Source: Lama glama
Lineage: Eukaryota
Reading direction: 5' to 3'
Assembly (NCBI GenBank): GCA_028534125.1
Contig: CM052817.1
Location: forward strand, 78,680,001-78,744,000
DNA: 64,000 nt
Positions 24,941 to 37,739 of the stretch are shown piece by piece (within the stretch, counting starts at the first letter, position 1; each line of letters begins with the position of its first letter). Below the pieces are notes generated by a model, which ran no database searches, was not told where the DNA came from, and worked only from the letters and a program-made list of their open reading frames with translations. Position numbers and translations under genes: made by a program.

Positions 24941-25876
24941 AATTTTTTGAGTGAACACTTAGAATTTTGAATCTAATTAATGAATTTACTAAGAACTGCT
25001 CCTTTTCTCCAAGATTTACGCTTTCATATAGCTTGATATATTTCTGCACAAGATAACATTTCTGATTATTAATATTTTTAGGTCATAAGAAAATATATCT
25101 GTTTGCTCATAGGTTAAAAAAAAGGCATCAAGTTTATTATTAAGATAACTACTATGGTCTTACTGGAAGATGGTTTTGCCAGGGATGTAAAGCAACTTTC
25201 ACGCCATCATTGAACAATATTCAGTGCACCTACCAAAATCTTGGATGCCTCTTCCTTTAGGCCAAAACATACTTTGATTCACTTCAGAAACCAAGAGATA
25301 AAGACAAACGTAAAGGGTTTCCTGTCCCTTTATTTTCTGCAAAATATTATTCCAAGTAATATTTAGGTAATGCCAGTACTTCTTCCATTCCTCTTCCTAT
25401 AGGTAAAATCGTCCAAATGGATCTGGCCTGCAGAGCTAATGATTGTACTTCCAGGATTGGGAGCAGATGGGAAAGGTGTGGCCCAAACTCCCAGCTGAGT
25501 CTCTACGGGACTCACCAGGGACCATTCCAAAGAGTTAATACACGGGGAGGGACGTGTACTAGCCCATTTGGCTTCTTTTCTCACTTTGAACATTGAAGGG
25601 AAAGCACTTTCTCCCCAAAATTTAAAAATAAACAGTGTGATTTCTATGTGGAGAATTTTAAGCATTACAAAGCTGTCCTGAGGCAGATATGCAACTGCTT
25701 CCTGAAGGAACAGGTCTTGTACTTTGCTCAAGAACAATCATGAAAAGTCTACTTTATCACATCTGCCTTGCACAAGGAGAAACTAGTGTAAATCATTGCC
25801 AGGAGTTCTTCAGAACTCGTTGTTCTTGAGGGTTTACAGTAACAAAAAAATATGCATTTGTGTTGGGCACAGCATG

Positions 25877-26332
25877 TGTGATGGTTAATTTTATGTCAAC
25901 TTGACTGGTCCATGGAATGCCTAGTTATTGGGTCAAACATTATTCTGTATGTTTTTGAAAGGGTGTTTTGGGGTAAGATTTCTATTTAAATCAGTGGACT
26001 TTGAGTAAAGCCAGTTGCTTTCCATAAAGTGGGTGGGTTTTGTCCAATTAGTTGAAAGCCTGAACTGAACGAAAAAGACCAGCCTCCCCTGAGCGAGAGA
26101 GAATTCTTTAGAAACAGACATCAGACTTGACCTGCAGCATTGGCTCCTTCCTGGGTATCCAGCTGCCACCCCACCCAGCAGATTTTGGACTTGTCAAACT
26201 CCATAGTCATATGAACCAATTTTTTATAATAAATCTCTCTATATCTCTTTATCTATACATCTATATATAGATATATATGTATATATATACATCCCATTGG
26301 TTCTGTTCCGTTGGACAATCCTGACTAACACA
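25877..26332 (+). mobile_element. MLT2 (C/D-like) ERVL solo LTR, near full length
   Basis: Start tgtgatggttaattttatgtcaacttgactgg; gactttgagtaaag; aataaatctctct(at)n; end ccattggttctgttccgttggacaatcctgactaacaca. Confidence 0.9.
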
Positions 26333-27079
26333 GATGAGAATGTATCTTTTTTGTATCTAACATTTAGGTTTGCCTTCCATTCTCCTTTCCAATAAACAAG
26401 AACAAATTTACATATATCTTTAGCTACCAGCTTAGTAAGAAGGAAGGCAGTTAAGTTAGTGAATAAGTGGTTCAAGAAACGCATGCAATAAAATGGGCTG
26501 TTCCTGGACTGAATTCTCATCAACCTTAATACAAGAAGTCTCTGATTTCATGAATCATCATCTTCAATTAGAAGTTCCTGCCAACAGTCCTGAACCATTG
26601 AGGTCCAGAGACCTCCTGACTGCTTGAGGTGTGCTAGGGTTGAGAAGAATGACACTCACCTTGAGACTCTCTGAGTATGAAAGAACAGAATCCAAAAGAA
26701 TCTTAAGGAAATACAGTCTTCGATTGTCAGGGAATTACAGACGGTTAAAAAAGAACCTAGAATAGGGTACCTTAGAGGCATTAGGAGCAAGAAAATGGTA
26801 AGTGATTCGGAGACTTGGATCTAAGTAATACCTACTGAATAAAAAAAAACCATAATTTATCATCAAAGCAGCAAACTTTTAAGAAAAGTGAAAAGGGACT
26901 CTAATAATTAAATACATAAACTGAAACTTCAGGGCAAATGGGGATGTATAGACATGCTGCATGTAAATCAGAGGGCACTTTCCCTTGACTGCCCACACAG
27001 AATTCTCTAGAAGGGAAGAATGCTGAGTGCTGGGGAAGGGATAAAGGAAAGAGCGAATCAAACAGGCAAATGCAGGGAA

Positions 27080-29350
27080 ATTCTACTTATTTTTAAATGG
27101 TTTATTTTTAAATGAATTGTAAACAAAAATATAGTTATTATAAAGATGGAGAAAATACAGAAAGATACAGAGGGAACAACAACAAATATTACAGTAAATG
27201 TTCATCCAATCCTTTTTAAGCTCAGATGTATATTTCTAATTCTATGGTATTCAAACATATACCGTATTTTTAAAAATTAAAGTTATAACACAAGCACTTC
27301 TATGTTAGGTCAAATTATTTGAACTATGATTCAGAGACCTGCACAAAACTTTTCTAAGTGACAACATTCTGATTTCCTAAGCCACCTTCTCTTTTCTAAT
27401 CTTTAGATTATTTAAAAAATTTCACTACTCTTATTAATATACAAATCAATGTCAGTGAGGGTCCTCATGCACAGTACTCTTTTCCCCTCACAATGTATTT
27501 CCCACCTTAGATCTCTAAAAAGTAAATATCAGGTTAAATATTTTGAAGGTTAGATATTTCTTACTTAAACCCATCTCCAAATAAAAAATGTTAAACATTT
27601 GCACCAGTAATCTCTGAATGCTCTGAATATATCTATTTTACCTTGAGTATTTCATCCATCTTTAACATTAGTATTTAAACTTTTGCTCTTCCAAAAAATA
27701 TATATATACCGTTATTGTATTAACTTGTATGTCCTTGACTGCTAATGAGGTTGAGCATTTTTCCATGGTTTTGCTAACTGGCTCTATTTCTTATGGTACA
27801 GCAGTGCTCAGCTGTTTGATTTCAGGACCCATTTACACTTTTAAAAATGCTGAAGACCTCAAAGTTTCTGTTTATGTGGGTCATAGGTTTTGGTATTTTA
27901 TTGTATTAGAAATTGAAACTGAGAAGCTTTAAAATATCTACTTATTAATTAATTTTAGAAAACTATTACATGTGTTCATATATAAAATTTTAATGAAAAA
28001 TAATAGTTTCCAAAACCAAAAAAAATTTGAGAAAAATGGCATTGTTTTACATTTTTACAAATACCTCTAATGTGCAACTTCTTAGAAGACATATCTGCTT
28101 TGGTAACTGCAAGTAATTATAATACACTGCTTTGATTGAATTATAAGAAGACGATTTCAGTATTTCACAGATAGGTAGTTGGAAAAGGAGTAATATTTTA
28201 ATTGCCTTTTCTGAAATTATAGGTATTCTTTTGTGATACTACACAAAATTCAACAAGCAGCTGTTTCTTAAAGGTTACTTTCAAAACAGAAGCTAAAACC
28301 ACATCAATGAAATTTAAGTGTTCTTTTCATTGAAACCCCCACTGGCATTTCTAGGACTTGGAATAGATTTTTTTTTTTAACCCTGCATGGTTTTAAAATA
28401 TCATGCCTTAGCCATTTAAAAAATATTAGTTCACTGAGTTATGCAAATCTTCCAAATGTTATCACATTTCTTTACAAAATTTCAAAAAATCAAATTCATT
28501 AATATTACTACCCGTCTTATCAGAAAAGTCTCAAAGAACTAGAAGGTTGTGTTTCACCATAATCGTTGTACATTTTCCGGGATTCTGGTGTTTACTTGGA
28601 AACTCAAATCTTATCACTGGCAACAAATACAACTGTTTTCCTTAAAGTGATGGTTTCGTTCCTTCAGTTTCAAGAAAATGTCTGACAAATACCTAAATCT
28701 GAAGAACCGTAATCTGTCAGTTATCTCAAGGACAAATGTAGTTCCATGAAAAAAAGGTCTAGTTCATCTTGCAGTTACAAAGTGCTTTCTCCAGACACTG
28801 TGGTACTTCAGCGCTCAACAGAAGTGCTTTGTTCATACCTTCCATTTTGTCACACAGAAAACTCACAGTATGTGTCCCCAAGGATTGAGATTTAATAAAA
28901 TTCATAACATAATGTTTACTGCTTCAGGAAGGACATTCTTCAGTAAAATTGTTTTTGTGTTGTTGCTTTATTTTGCTCTGTTTTGTTTACCACAATGATT
29001 GCACAGTGGTGAAAAATACAGCGATTGCTAGTTTGGTGCTACTGTCTTGATTCATGCTAAAGCATCAGGACATTTCCAACCGTTGTTTTTGTACAATGTC
29101 AAACATCATCTTGGGGACGTCCACAGGTCCGTGTAAAACACACTGAGACCACTACTAAAGCGAATTTTCTACTCACATCTTTTGCTCGTTTCCCCATTTG
29201 GAGGTTTCCTGGGTATAGGCTCATTGTATACTGCATATATTAACCTTTTGCTATAGTATTTGCTATTGAAATTACTGGCTGTTTGCCTTTGCATTAAAAT
29301 TTTGACAATAATATAATTTTTATGCACAGATTTTTAAACATTTTATATAC
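27080..29350 (-). mobile_element. Old L1ME-like element, split by a Charlie1 insertion
   Basis: tccttgactgctaatgaggttgagcatttttccatgg (27731) resumes as catcttttgctcgtttccccattt...tattaacctttt after 29160. Confidence 0.55.
27799..29154. mobile_element. Charlie1a-like hAT DNA transposon, near full length (~1.36 kb)
   Basis: cagcagtgctcagc...caggacccatttacacttttaaaaatgctgaagacctcaaag...gagaaaaatggcattgttttacattttt; end cacactgagaccacta is a decayed TIR. Confidence 0.8.
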
Positions 29351-29397
29351 TCCTACCCATTGGATCTTTTTTTGTGTGTAATGTCATCTCTTGCTTC

Positions 29398-29565
29398 ATT
29401 TTTTATTGAAATTTTAATTGATATAATTATAAATTCATATGCAGTTGTAAGAAATGATACAGAAAGATCCAAGGTACCTTTTACCAGGATTTCTTCCCAA
29501 TGATAACACTGTAAAAAACAACAAAAACATTTTTTTGCAAAAAAATAGTATATTATCACAGTCTA
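29398..29565 (-). mobile_element. L1MC-like 3' end fragment
   Basis: ttttattgaaatt...aaattcatatgcagttgtaagaaatgatacagaaagatcc...ttcccaatgataacac. Confidence 0.7.
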
Positions 29566-29687
29566 ATAAATGACAGCACTTTACCCAGCCCCAATTCAGT
29601 GACAATTAGAAGAACGCTGCAGAGGTCAGGCAAATGAAATAAAAATAAAGCCTTCGCTACCAACAAAGCTAGATTTCCAAAAAGCAG

Positions 29688-29797
29688 AAATAGAACAAAT
29701 AATCCTACAGTTTGGATGGAACCACAGAAAACCTTGAATAGCCGAAGAAATCCTAAGAAAGAAGAACAAAGCTGGAAGCATCATGCTCCTTGATTTC
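29688..29797 (+). mobile_element. L1 ORF2 fragment
   Basis: aatagaacaaataatcctacagtttggatggaaccacagaaaaccttgaatagccgaag...aagaacaaagctggaagcatc; homologous to 57090-57190 in this window. Confidence 0.85.
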
Positions 29798-29816
29798 TAG
29801 CTTGTCAAAATGTCAT

Positions 29817-29935
29817 TGTGGTAGACAGAGCTCTAATATTACTCTCCATATGTCTTGCCTTTGTATAATTCCCTCCCTGTGAGTGTGGGTGGACTCTGTA
29901 AATGCGATAAGATACCCTCCTGTGATGCTGTGATT
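29817..29935 (+). mobile_element. MLT1E-like LTR 5' fragment
   Basis: tgtggtagacagag...tgtataattccctccctgtgagtgtgggtggactctgtaa. Confidence 0.6.
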
Positions 29936-29939
29936 ATCA

Positions 29940-31500
29940 CGGGGTTTCCCTCTAGGAATCCCCCCAGGTCTTAACAGTGAAGAGTTAGAAAAGAACCCCT
30001 TGTGGCTCTAGCCAGCAGAAGGGAAAAACAACCATTCTGAAATATGCTCTAAGTATTTTCCATAAGGAAGAGCTTCTCTCCAGGGGAAAACACTTTACCA
30101 AAGCCATATTCAATCTAGGGAGAAGAGCATTTACTCAGCTTCAGCTCCCTCTAGCTTTCCTGCCTCACTTAAAAGGGGAAAAAAAATCTGAGATGCTCTT
30201 GTGAAGGTCACAGCCTGGAGCACTTGCCCCACTAAAAGACTGAGATTTAATCATCAGATTACAGAATGCTTCCCCTTTCCAATATTTTATCATCATATCA
30301 ACAAGGCTCCAGAATAATAGCTGGAAGAACTGTAAGGCTCAAAGGAATTTCTAGGAAAGCCCAAAGCCATCAGGCAGACAAAAAGAAGTACACTAGGGAA
30401 ATGTAAACCCTCTGGCACTTACANNNNNNNNNNNNNNNNNNNNNNNNNNNNNNNNNNNNNNNNNNNNNNNNNNNNNNNNNNNNNNNNNNNNNNNNNNNNN
30501 NNNNNNNNNNNNNNNNNNNNNNNNNNNNNNNNNNNNNNNNNNNNNNNNNNNNNNNNNNNNNNNNNNNNNNNNNNNNNNNNNNNNNNNNNNNNNNNNNNNN
30601 NNNNNNNNNNNNNNNNNNNNNNNNNNNNNNNNNNNNNNNNNNNNNNNNNNNNNNNNNNNNNNNNNNNNNNNNNNNNNNNNNNNNNNNNNNNNNNNNNNNN
30701 NNNNNNNNNNNNNNNNNNNNNNNNNNNNNNNNNNNNNNNNNNNNNNNNNNNNNNNNNNNNNNNNNNNNNNNNNNNNNNNNNNNNNNNNNNNNNNNNNNNN
30801 NNNNNNNNNNNNNNNNNNNNNNNNNNNNNNNNNNNNNNNNNNNNNNNNNNNNNNNNNNNNNNNNNNNNNNNNNNNNNNNNNNNNNNNNNNNNNNNNNNNN
30901 NNNNNNNNNNNNNNNNNNNNNNNTTACGAAATCATACGATAAAGGCGTTTAGCTCAGTTCTTATTACCCAGGGCATCACTGCTCTAAGTATGCCTTTTAA
31001 CAAAAAGTTAAAAAGCATGTTAAAAGGCAAAGCCTCAATAGACAAAACAATCATCAGAACCAGAATCAGATATAACACAGGTGTTGGAATTATCAGACAG
31101 GGTATTTAACTCATTATTAATATGTTACGTGTTCTCATGGAAAATGTCGACACCATTCAAGAACAGATGGATAATGTAAGTAGAGAGACAGAAACTTTAA
31201 GCAAGAATCAAAAGGATGCACTAGACATAAGAAACTGTAACAGAAATAAAGAATGGATTTGATGGGCTCATCATCAGACTGGACCTAGACAAAGAAAGAA
31301 TCAATGAGTTTCAAGATATATTAGTTGAAACTTGTCAAACTGAAATGCAGATCAAAAAGAATGGAAAAAAAAATCAAAGTCTGTAACATCCAAGAACTGT
31401 GGGACAACTTTAAAAAGTGCAATATATGTATAATTTGAATACCAAAAATACAAGAAAAGGGACAGAAGAAATATTGGAAATAATAATAATCAAAAATTTT
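29940..31500 (+). mobile_element. L1M (L1MC/MD-type) 5' UTR and ORF1 remnant spanning the assembly gap
   Basis: ccttgtggctctagccagcagaagg...accattctgaaatatgc; after the gap caatcatcagaaccagaatcagat...caagaacagatggataatgtaagtagagagacagaaact...tttgatgggctcatca is typical ORF1 coiled-coil sequence. Confidence 0.75.
30424..30923. other. Assembly gap, exactly 500 N
   Basis: Run of N counted from the sequence. Confidence 0.99.
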
Positions 31501-33440
31501 GGCTTTAATTTTTGTAGTTAAAAAAAAAAAAAGAACAAGAAAAGGAAGCATGACCATCTCCATCAGTTGTCTGAAAGGTCAATGCTCAGGGCCACATGTA
31601 GGTACCCACAGAAAGGCCAGAAAGAAATTCATCCCTGAGGTTCTCATTAGGAAGAGACTCTTAAAAAATGTAATACACAGTTTTGCTACAACAAGTAAAC
31701 ACTTAGCTTCATGACTAGCTACAGGTAATTAATTAAGGCTATTCTTTTTATTCTTGTCCTATAGTGTAATACTCTCCAGGCTCAGACACAAAGGAAAGAA
31801 GTGGCATAAAAGCCTTAAGAAAAGCCAGGAAGCATGTCACTTGAGCAGATTAAAACTGACGGAGAACCTACACTCCAGAATTGTTGAGTCTAAATAAGCT
31901 TTCTTAGGAATTTGTTCTTCAGGCAACAATAATTACATAAGCCTTGACAATGATTTGTACAATTTTAATATGTAAATACAACTTTTTCTTCTTAAACTTA
32001 GCAAAATTTATACTCATGAGAAATAAAACTTCCTTAAAACACATTTACTATAAATTGCCTAAGAGCAAAAACTTACTACTGAGTAAGTATGCAAAAGCGT
32101 AGCACTCTCTAAGTAGCAGAAAATGAGGTATCTATCTCTTGCTATGAGTATTTCTTAAACCCAGCTCCACAGTTAAAATATCAAATTACTAACCCAGGTG
32201 ATTCATAATCATAAATAAATAATGATAGAAACCAATTTCCCTAGGGGAGGAAATGTGTGCAATTTTTAAAGGATGCAGAACAAAGCTATGAGAATGGGCT
32301 GCTCTAGGGTTGGTTAGTTGGTTTTCACGATCCTAGTGAAAGGATATGGCAGGATCTTAACTTTCAAATTTTCATCCTGCTACCTACAAATGCACCTGCT
32401 TCCTAGTACGTGATTAGACTATATGCTAAACAAATACTGTTGCTTAATTGCTAGCTGCCCTGGGTCCCACTATTTTCATGCCAGTCCGAGTGACATGTTG
32501 GTATGTGAGCATGGGGACAGCACCAGGTCATTCGCTCCAAGGCTGCATTTCCCTGATTCCATTTTAGTCTCCTCTTGTTCTTCCAAGGACCATCCCGGCA
32601 ACACAGTGTAGCTGTCTGAAGGAGCAGGAGTTCCTGTGCATAGAAGGGATTTCCAAAGGAGCAGGGTTTGTTCTAGTCCAATTTCACTAAAAAACAAACA
32701 CAAACCCCAAACCCCAAAACCCAAGTTCTATCTCCTTATGTGGTTATCTGGTCGAGAGTCCCTGAAAATTCTATTTTTCTTTGACTTGGTTTTAGGGAGC
32801 ATGCCCTTGCATGGTGTGGACAGGGGGGTTGGAAGAAGAAGGCTTGTCCTACTCAAAGGTTAGAGCATGCCTCACACAGGCTGCCAGCTTGCCTGTTTCA
32901 AGCATGACCTCCATAAGGGTGAGTAATGAGAACGTTTACAGACCTTATTCAACTGGTGCATCCAATGGGTTTATCTCGAAGGGAGAGTAATCAGGAATTG
33001 ACTGCATTTTTCTCTCATCACAGCCTGTAACCATCTCTGTTGTCAGACATTCCCTTTGAAATAATCTTAGGTCCCATAGCTTTCAGTTATTCCTCTTTCT
33101 AATAATTAGGACTTGGTTTCAGGCTTTAAAACTCCCAAGTTCCAGCCAATGCAAAAATTTCAGTCTTATACTCTTACAGTCAATATAATTGTCTTATATG
33201 GGCTTGGGAACTTCCGTGGGGAGGAGGGATGACCTGCTTTTCCTACTGCCCTTCCAACTCTGCTACTTCCACGTCTTGCTTCCTTCTCTGGCATGTTGCA
33301 GGCAGAAGGTAGGGGGAGGCGAGAGGCACAAACCTCTCGAGGTCCCTCTGATGGGAGCAGTCGTGGTCCAACAGCCGGTGACTCTTTGAGGCAGGCAGAG
33401 CTAGGTGCCCTTTGAGCACCTTGTGAGTTTCTATGGGAAA

Positions 33441-33524
33441 CTTGTGTGCTTTTCTGAAACAGTGAATGACTCTTAGTTATTTCTTGTGTGCTTTTCTGAA
33501 ACAGTGAATGACTCTTAGTTATTT
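33441..33524. repeat. Perfect 42-bp tandem duplication
   Basis: cttgtgtgcttttctgaaacagtgaatgactcttagttattt x2; appears as EITKSHSLFQKSTQ twice in the minus-strand ORF. Confidence 0.97.
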
Positions 33525-33539
33525 CCAAACATGGCAAAG

Positions 33540-33695
33540 TACAGTCTTCCCTGTATTTATTCAGGAGTGCATTCCTGAAAAATTAGAGTATGTTAAAACA
33601 GCACCCAAAATACTGGGTAAGTTTACCTTTGCAATGGAGTTCAGTTCTGGGTTCAGAGAATTATAAACAGGCTTTTCACCAATGGGACATTTGAA
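33540..33695. mobile_element. Possible TcMar-Tigger-type DNA element fragment
   Basis: TA-cagtcttccctgtatttattcaggagtgcattcctgaaaa start resembles Tigger-family termini. Confidence 0.4.
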
Positions 33696-33699
33696 GGTT

Positions 33700-33897
33700 G
33701 TGGGGGAAGTGGGACAATTCTCTACTGTGTGGGACACAGCCTTATGCATTGCAGGACGTCAAGTATCCCCACCGCCTCCCACTAAATGTCAGAGGCAGCA
33801 CCCCCACCCCCTCATTATTGTGACAGCCAAAATTACCCATTCACATTTCCAGAAACACCCCATCAGGGAGTTGTAGTGCTCTCATTGATACCTCTGG
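33700..33897 (-). mobile_element. MER20-like hAT-Charlie MITE
   Basis: tgcattgcaggac...cccactaaatgtcagaggcagcacc...ttgtgacagccaaaa...acatttccagaaacacccc resembles antisense MER20. Confidence 0.7.
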
Positions 33898-34029
33898 CAG
33901 TTACCTTTTGAGCATGGGGACACACTGTCTTCCATCCTCAACTCTTGGTCTTTAGCTGAACCTTGAAGACAACAGTCCTGACTAAGAAAACCACCACTAG
34001 GAGTTTCAGATTCAACTACACTGACTGTG

Positions 34030-34185
34030 ATATGCACTAAGAACTAAATTCTCACAGAATTGGGATAGGTTAAACCTTTGCAAGTGAAAAGAGTCAGAAC
34101 AGTTAGATAATTTATCCATGGTCAATTCAGCTAACAAATGGCAGCATCAGAATTTGAATTACAGTCTTCTGATTCCAGCACATTA
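34030..34185 (-). mobile_element. MIR SINE
   Basis: attctcacag...gttagataatttatccatggtcaattcagctaacaaatggcagcatcagaatttgaa. Confidence 0.65.
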
Positions 34186-34729
34186 AAATAACTAAGCTGG
34201 ACTTATGTGAGAAAGACAGAGCAAAGATAACACATTATAAGATGGAGCCAGGGATAAAGTTTATATTCATAAAATGCCTGCCATGAAGTTCAGTAGACTC
34301 CATAAGGCTAGATTACAAATTTTGCTCCAAAATAAAAAGGAAGAAATATTTCAACTCCATAATTCATGAAACCTAAAAGATAAACTAAAGAGAATCACTA
34401 CCCCTAATTTTAATCTTACACTTCTTTCTGAACATCTGTGGTCCCAATTATCTATTGCCATCACTTAGCACTTAGGATATAGCAGCTGATATGGTTATCT
34501 TTCTATGCATGTTTTCCCTCCCTACTTTAATTGTAGACTCAGAGCAGAGACCATTTCTTACTGCTTTGTATTTTCTAGTGCATACATCATCCCAAATCTG
34601 TAATCCAATGAGTTTTTTTTCATTTCATTCATTGAAACTCAAATACATAGCCATAACTAATAGACAAGTCCTAACTGAAGTAGAGGTAGAGGTCTAAGCC
34701 CCGTTTTCACCCTTCCCCCAGCTACCTGT

Positions 34730-34753
34730 ACACACACACACACACACACACAC
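34730..34753. repeat. (AC)12 microsatellite
   Basis: Direct read. Confidence 0.95.
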
Positions 34754-34759
34754 GCCCCT

Positions 34760-35052
34760 TCCCTAGTCTAGCCCTGCAAGAAACACATCAAGTTGCATGG
34801 AGCACACTTTCAAGAGGGGGTGCTGGCAGTTTTGGCAGGATGGTCAGTAGCCTCTCTTCCCAGGAATACTGCCCTCCCCTTGTCTTTCCAGCCAAAGTGG
34901 AAAAGCATTTTTTCTTGTCTCTTGATGCTTTATCAGACCTTGTTGGTTTTAGCTCAGCCCTCTCTTCAGTAAACTGTCCCTTCATTAAATTCTCCCTGGT
35001 GCCATCCCATGAGTGTGCTAGTTGCTTCCCAAGGGGCTCCAACTGATAAACA
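34760..35052 (+). mobile_element. ERVL LTR remnant (LTR16-like)
   Basis: Ends ...aactgtcccttcattaaattctcc...gagtgtgctagttgcttcc...ctgataaaca. Confidence 0.5.
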
Positions 35053-35479
35053 GAAATTCACCAAAAATCAATGAAAACCCATTTGCCAAAAGATAACTTG
35101 CTCACTTACTGATGTTCTTTTCCTCAAGATTTTCTCTTGGCTGTAGCATCCCCTATGTCCTCCCCACTGCCCACTCCCTCTCCTGCGTCTGCCCAGCCTC
35201 TCCCTTTTCTACTCCTTCACCCTGCCCTCTACTCACTTTATATTGTCATCTGATAATTTGGGGGGAAATTAACTTTCAGTTAACTGGCTTTAAATCCATT
35301 CGCCTTTGGCTCACTGATTTTCGGTGAACTGATCATTCAGAGCACTGCTCTTTCTGAAAATAAGCTGTCAGCAAATTTGACATTTTGAAAACTTCCTTTG
35401 AGCTTGCTTTGAAAAGTATTGTAGCAGGTTGATTCGGTGAGAAATGATGATGCTATTAATAATAAATAGTCCTAACTCC

Positions 35480-36595
35480 CTGACCTCTCTAGAGCCTGCA
35501 TTCTCCTCTCCATCTCAAGCAAAGCACTGCTCACTGGTATCCTGACCTACGTCCTCCCTTGGCCGCTAACCGACTCCAGACTGCCCTCCACATGCTGCTA
35601 AACTCTTCTTTCTAAGATGCAGATCTAACTTTGTGTCTTATCTGCTTAAACTATTCCAATGGGTTCTTAATACTTAAAAGACAATTGCTAAATGCTCATA
35701 TTTGGCAATAAACTCTTCTATGACACTCTGGTTCCTGATGATTTGTCTAATCCTATGCCATACTCACACCTGCACTGCCATGGACTGAACAACTTGCAGT
35801 GCAAAGCAAGCCTTTTTGGACCTAGAGGAACTTGCTCCTGCTGTTCCTTCTGCTTGGAATACTCTTTAAACCCCATCCCCCGATACTCATGTCTTCCTTG
35901 CTTTGATCAGAGATCATTGTATTGGTGAGGCTTTAGATGCTACAGGCCAAGTGGCATATAACTATCCCCAAATTTTGGAGGATTACAAGTGTAATCATTT
36001 ACTTTGCGCTCACCAGTTTGCAGGGCAGCTGGGGCAGCCTGGTTTCAGGCTGTTGGTCATGTTTGCATCTGCTCCTCATGACTCTCATGATGGGACCTGT
36101 GGCTACTCGGTGCCTGGTTTGCTCCTGGGGTGGCAGGTCAGCAGAAGCGGTCAGTCACTAAAGTGCGCTTAAAGCTCTTTAACATTCCATTGTTCACTGT
36201 CAGGCATATGGCCAAGCACGAAGTCAGTGGGATGAAAAAGTTTATTCTGCCTATTCATCAGTCAGCGTCTGATGTCTCACAGAAAATGGTGTGGATGTGT
36301 AATTCTGTTATAGAGAAGTAGTAGGACCTGGGAACTGTAATTTAACTGGCCCTAATCATCTTCTCAATGAAGCTTTCCCTTTTCCCGGGGCCTTCAGAGA
36401 AGAACTGCTTCTTTCTCTGTGGATCCACTCCACAACAGACATAATCCCATGACAGCATCTTAACATATTTAGCAAACTTTCTACTTTAAATGCCTGTCTT
36501 CTATTAGATGATAAATCCTTGTTTTATTCATCTTTGTGTTTTTCAGAGTTATCACAGATGCAGGCAGACATCAATAAGTTGTTGCTGAATCAATT
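35480..36595 (+). mobile_element. L2 LINE 3' portion, split by an MLT1 LTR
   Basis: ctttctaagatgcagatctaac...ctgcttaaactattccaatgg; 3' end ttttattcatctttgtg...caataagttgttgctgaat. Confidence 0.6.
35945..36350 (-). mobile_element. MaLR LTR (MLT1-type)
   Basis: ataactatccccaaattt...tcatttactttgcgctcac...aacattccattgttcactgtcaggcatatggccaagc...aatggtgtggatgtgtaattc. Confidence 0.6.
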
Positions 36596-37739
36596 ATTTG
36601 ATGTTGTCACTAACTACATTGAGCAAAATAGCATAAATGAGTGTAAAAAGTCTAAATGGATCATGTAAACTCAACCATGGAGAGAAAAACAAGTTGCAGA
36701 TCATTTTATCAAGTTCAAAAAGAGAGGGGGGCCTTTTATTACCCATTTGTCTTTGAATACATAAAACAAAGCTATCCAAGGCAGAGCCAAAACTTTGAGG
36801 ACAATAAACTTGACTTCTTGTGAGCACATGGGGCAAATGCTTGATGCTGATTTAATCCAGATGTGGGGGGGCTCTCACACATGGGTGGATATGGTGGGAA
36901 AGAAAGGCACTCCCACACAGGGAAGGTGTGGTGGGGGACTGCTAGGGGGAGGACACATCAAATGAGAAAACAGTCTTGAGGCTGTACTTAGAAGAAAATT
37001 GTGTGGAGCTCTTTAAATGGGGAAGTAGCTACATTTTAAGCAAAAGTCAGTCTGCTGAAAAAAGAAAAAACTCATTGGTTTTGTTTTTGTAGATAACGGA
37101 ACAAACTTAAAAATATCTCAGAAATATTGTATAGTATTTATTTCTAAGATGAGATGAAATGAATTTGTGAGATTAAATTAATATAATTTATTGTGTTTTT
37201 GACAGTCCGTAACAAACCTTCATCTCAGTGCAGTTACTGATGTTTACTCAAGCTCTGTTCTGTGAATATTGATTATGATTTCTGCTTTTTTACCAAGTAA
37301 TCATTTATCATGTTTTATTTAGCTAAAGTGGATTGTGCAAGATGGGGGAAATATCACTGAATCAAAAAGAAACTAAAAACGTTAAAATTAAAATATCCAA
37401 CTCCTCTCATTGCTTTGTTCTTCACAAGACTACCTTTGCACTGTCTGTCTCCCAGGTCTAGCAAAGGAGGGATACGGGGAGGGGGGGGAGAATTAACTTA
37501 CTGTCATTCTCTGGATTTGGATTTCAGTATTTTTTTTTCATCATCCTTAAACCTGCAAAGTTTTCTCTGCAGAGCTAGGTCCCTTAGAAGCCAAGAAAGA
37601 CCTCAAAGTAAGAGTTCAGATTGCCTAACAAAGTTCATTTTCCTTTGGGCTTAAGTTTTTATCTTTTCTATTGGAAAACAGAAGTTACTTTAACTTCCCT
37701 TAAATTCCCAAATTTCTAGGAATAGTTGGCTAGCTTTTA

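Noticed and set aside
33166..33537. 123-aa ORF with a repeated 14-aa motif
   Set aside because: The peptide repeat just reflects the 42-bp DNA duplication; there are no other coding signals.
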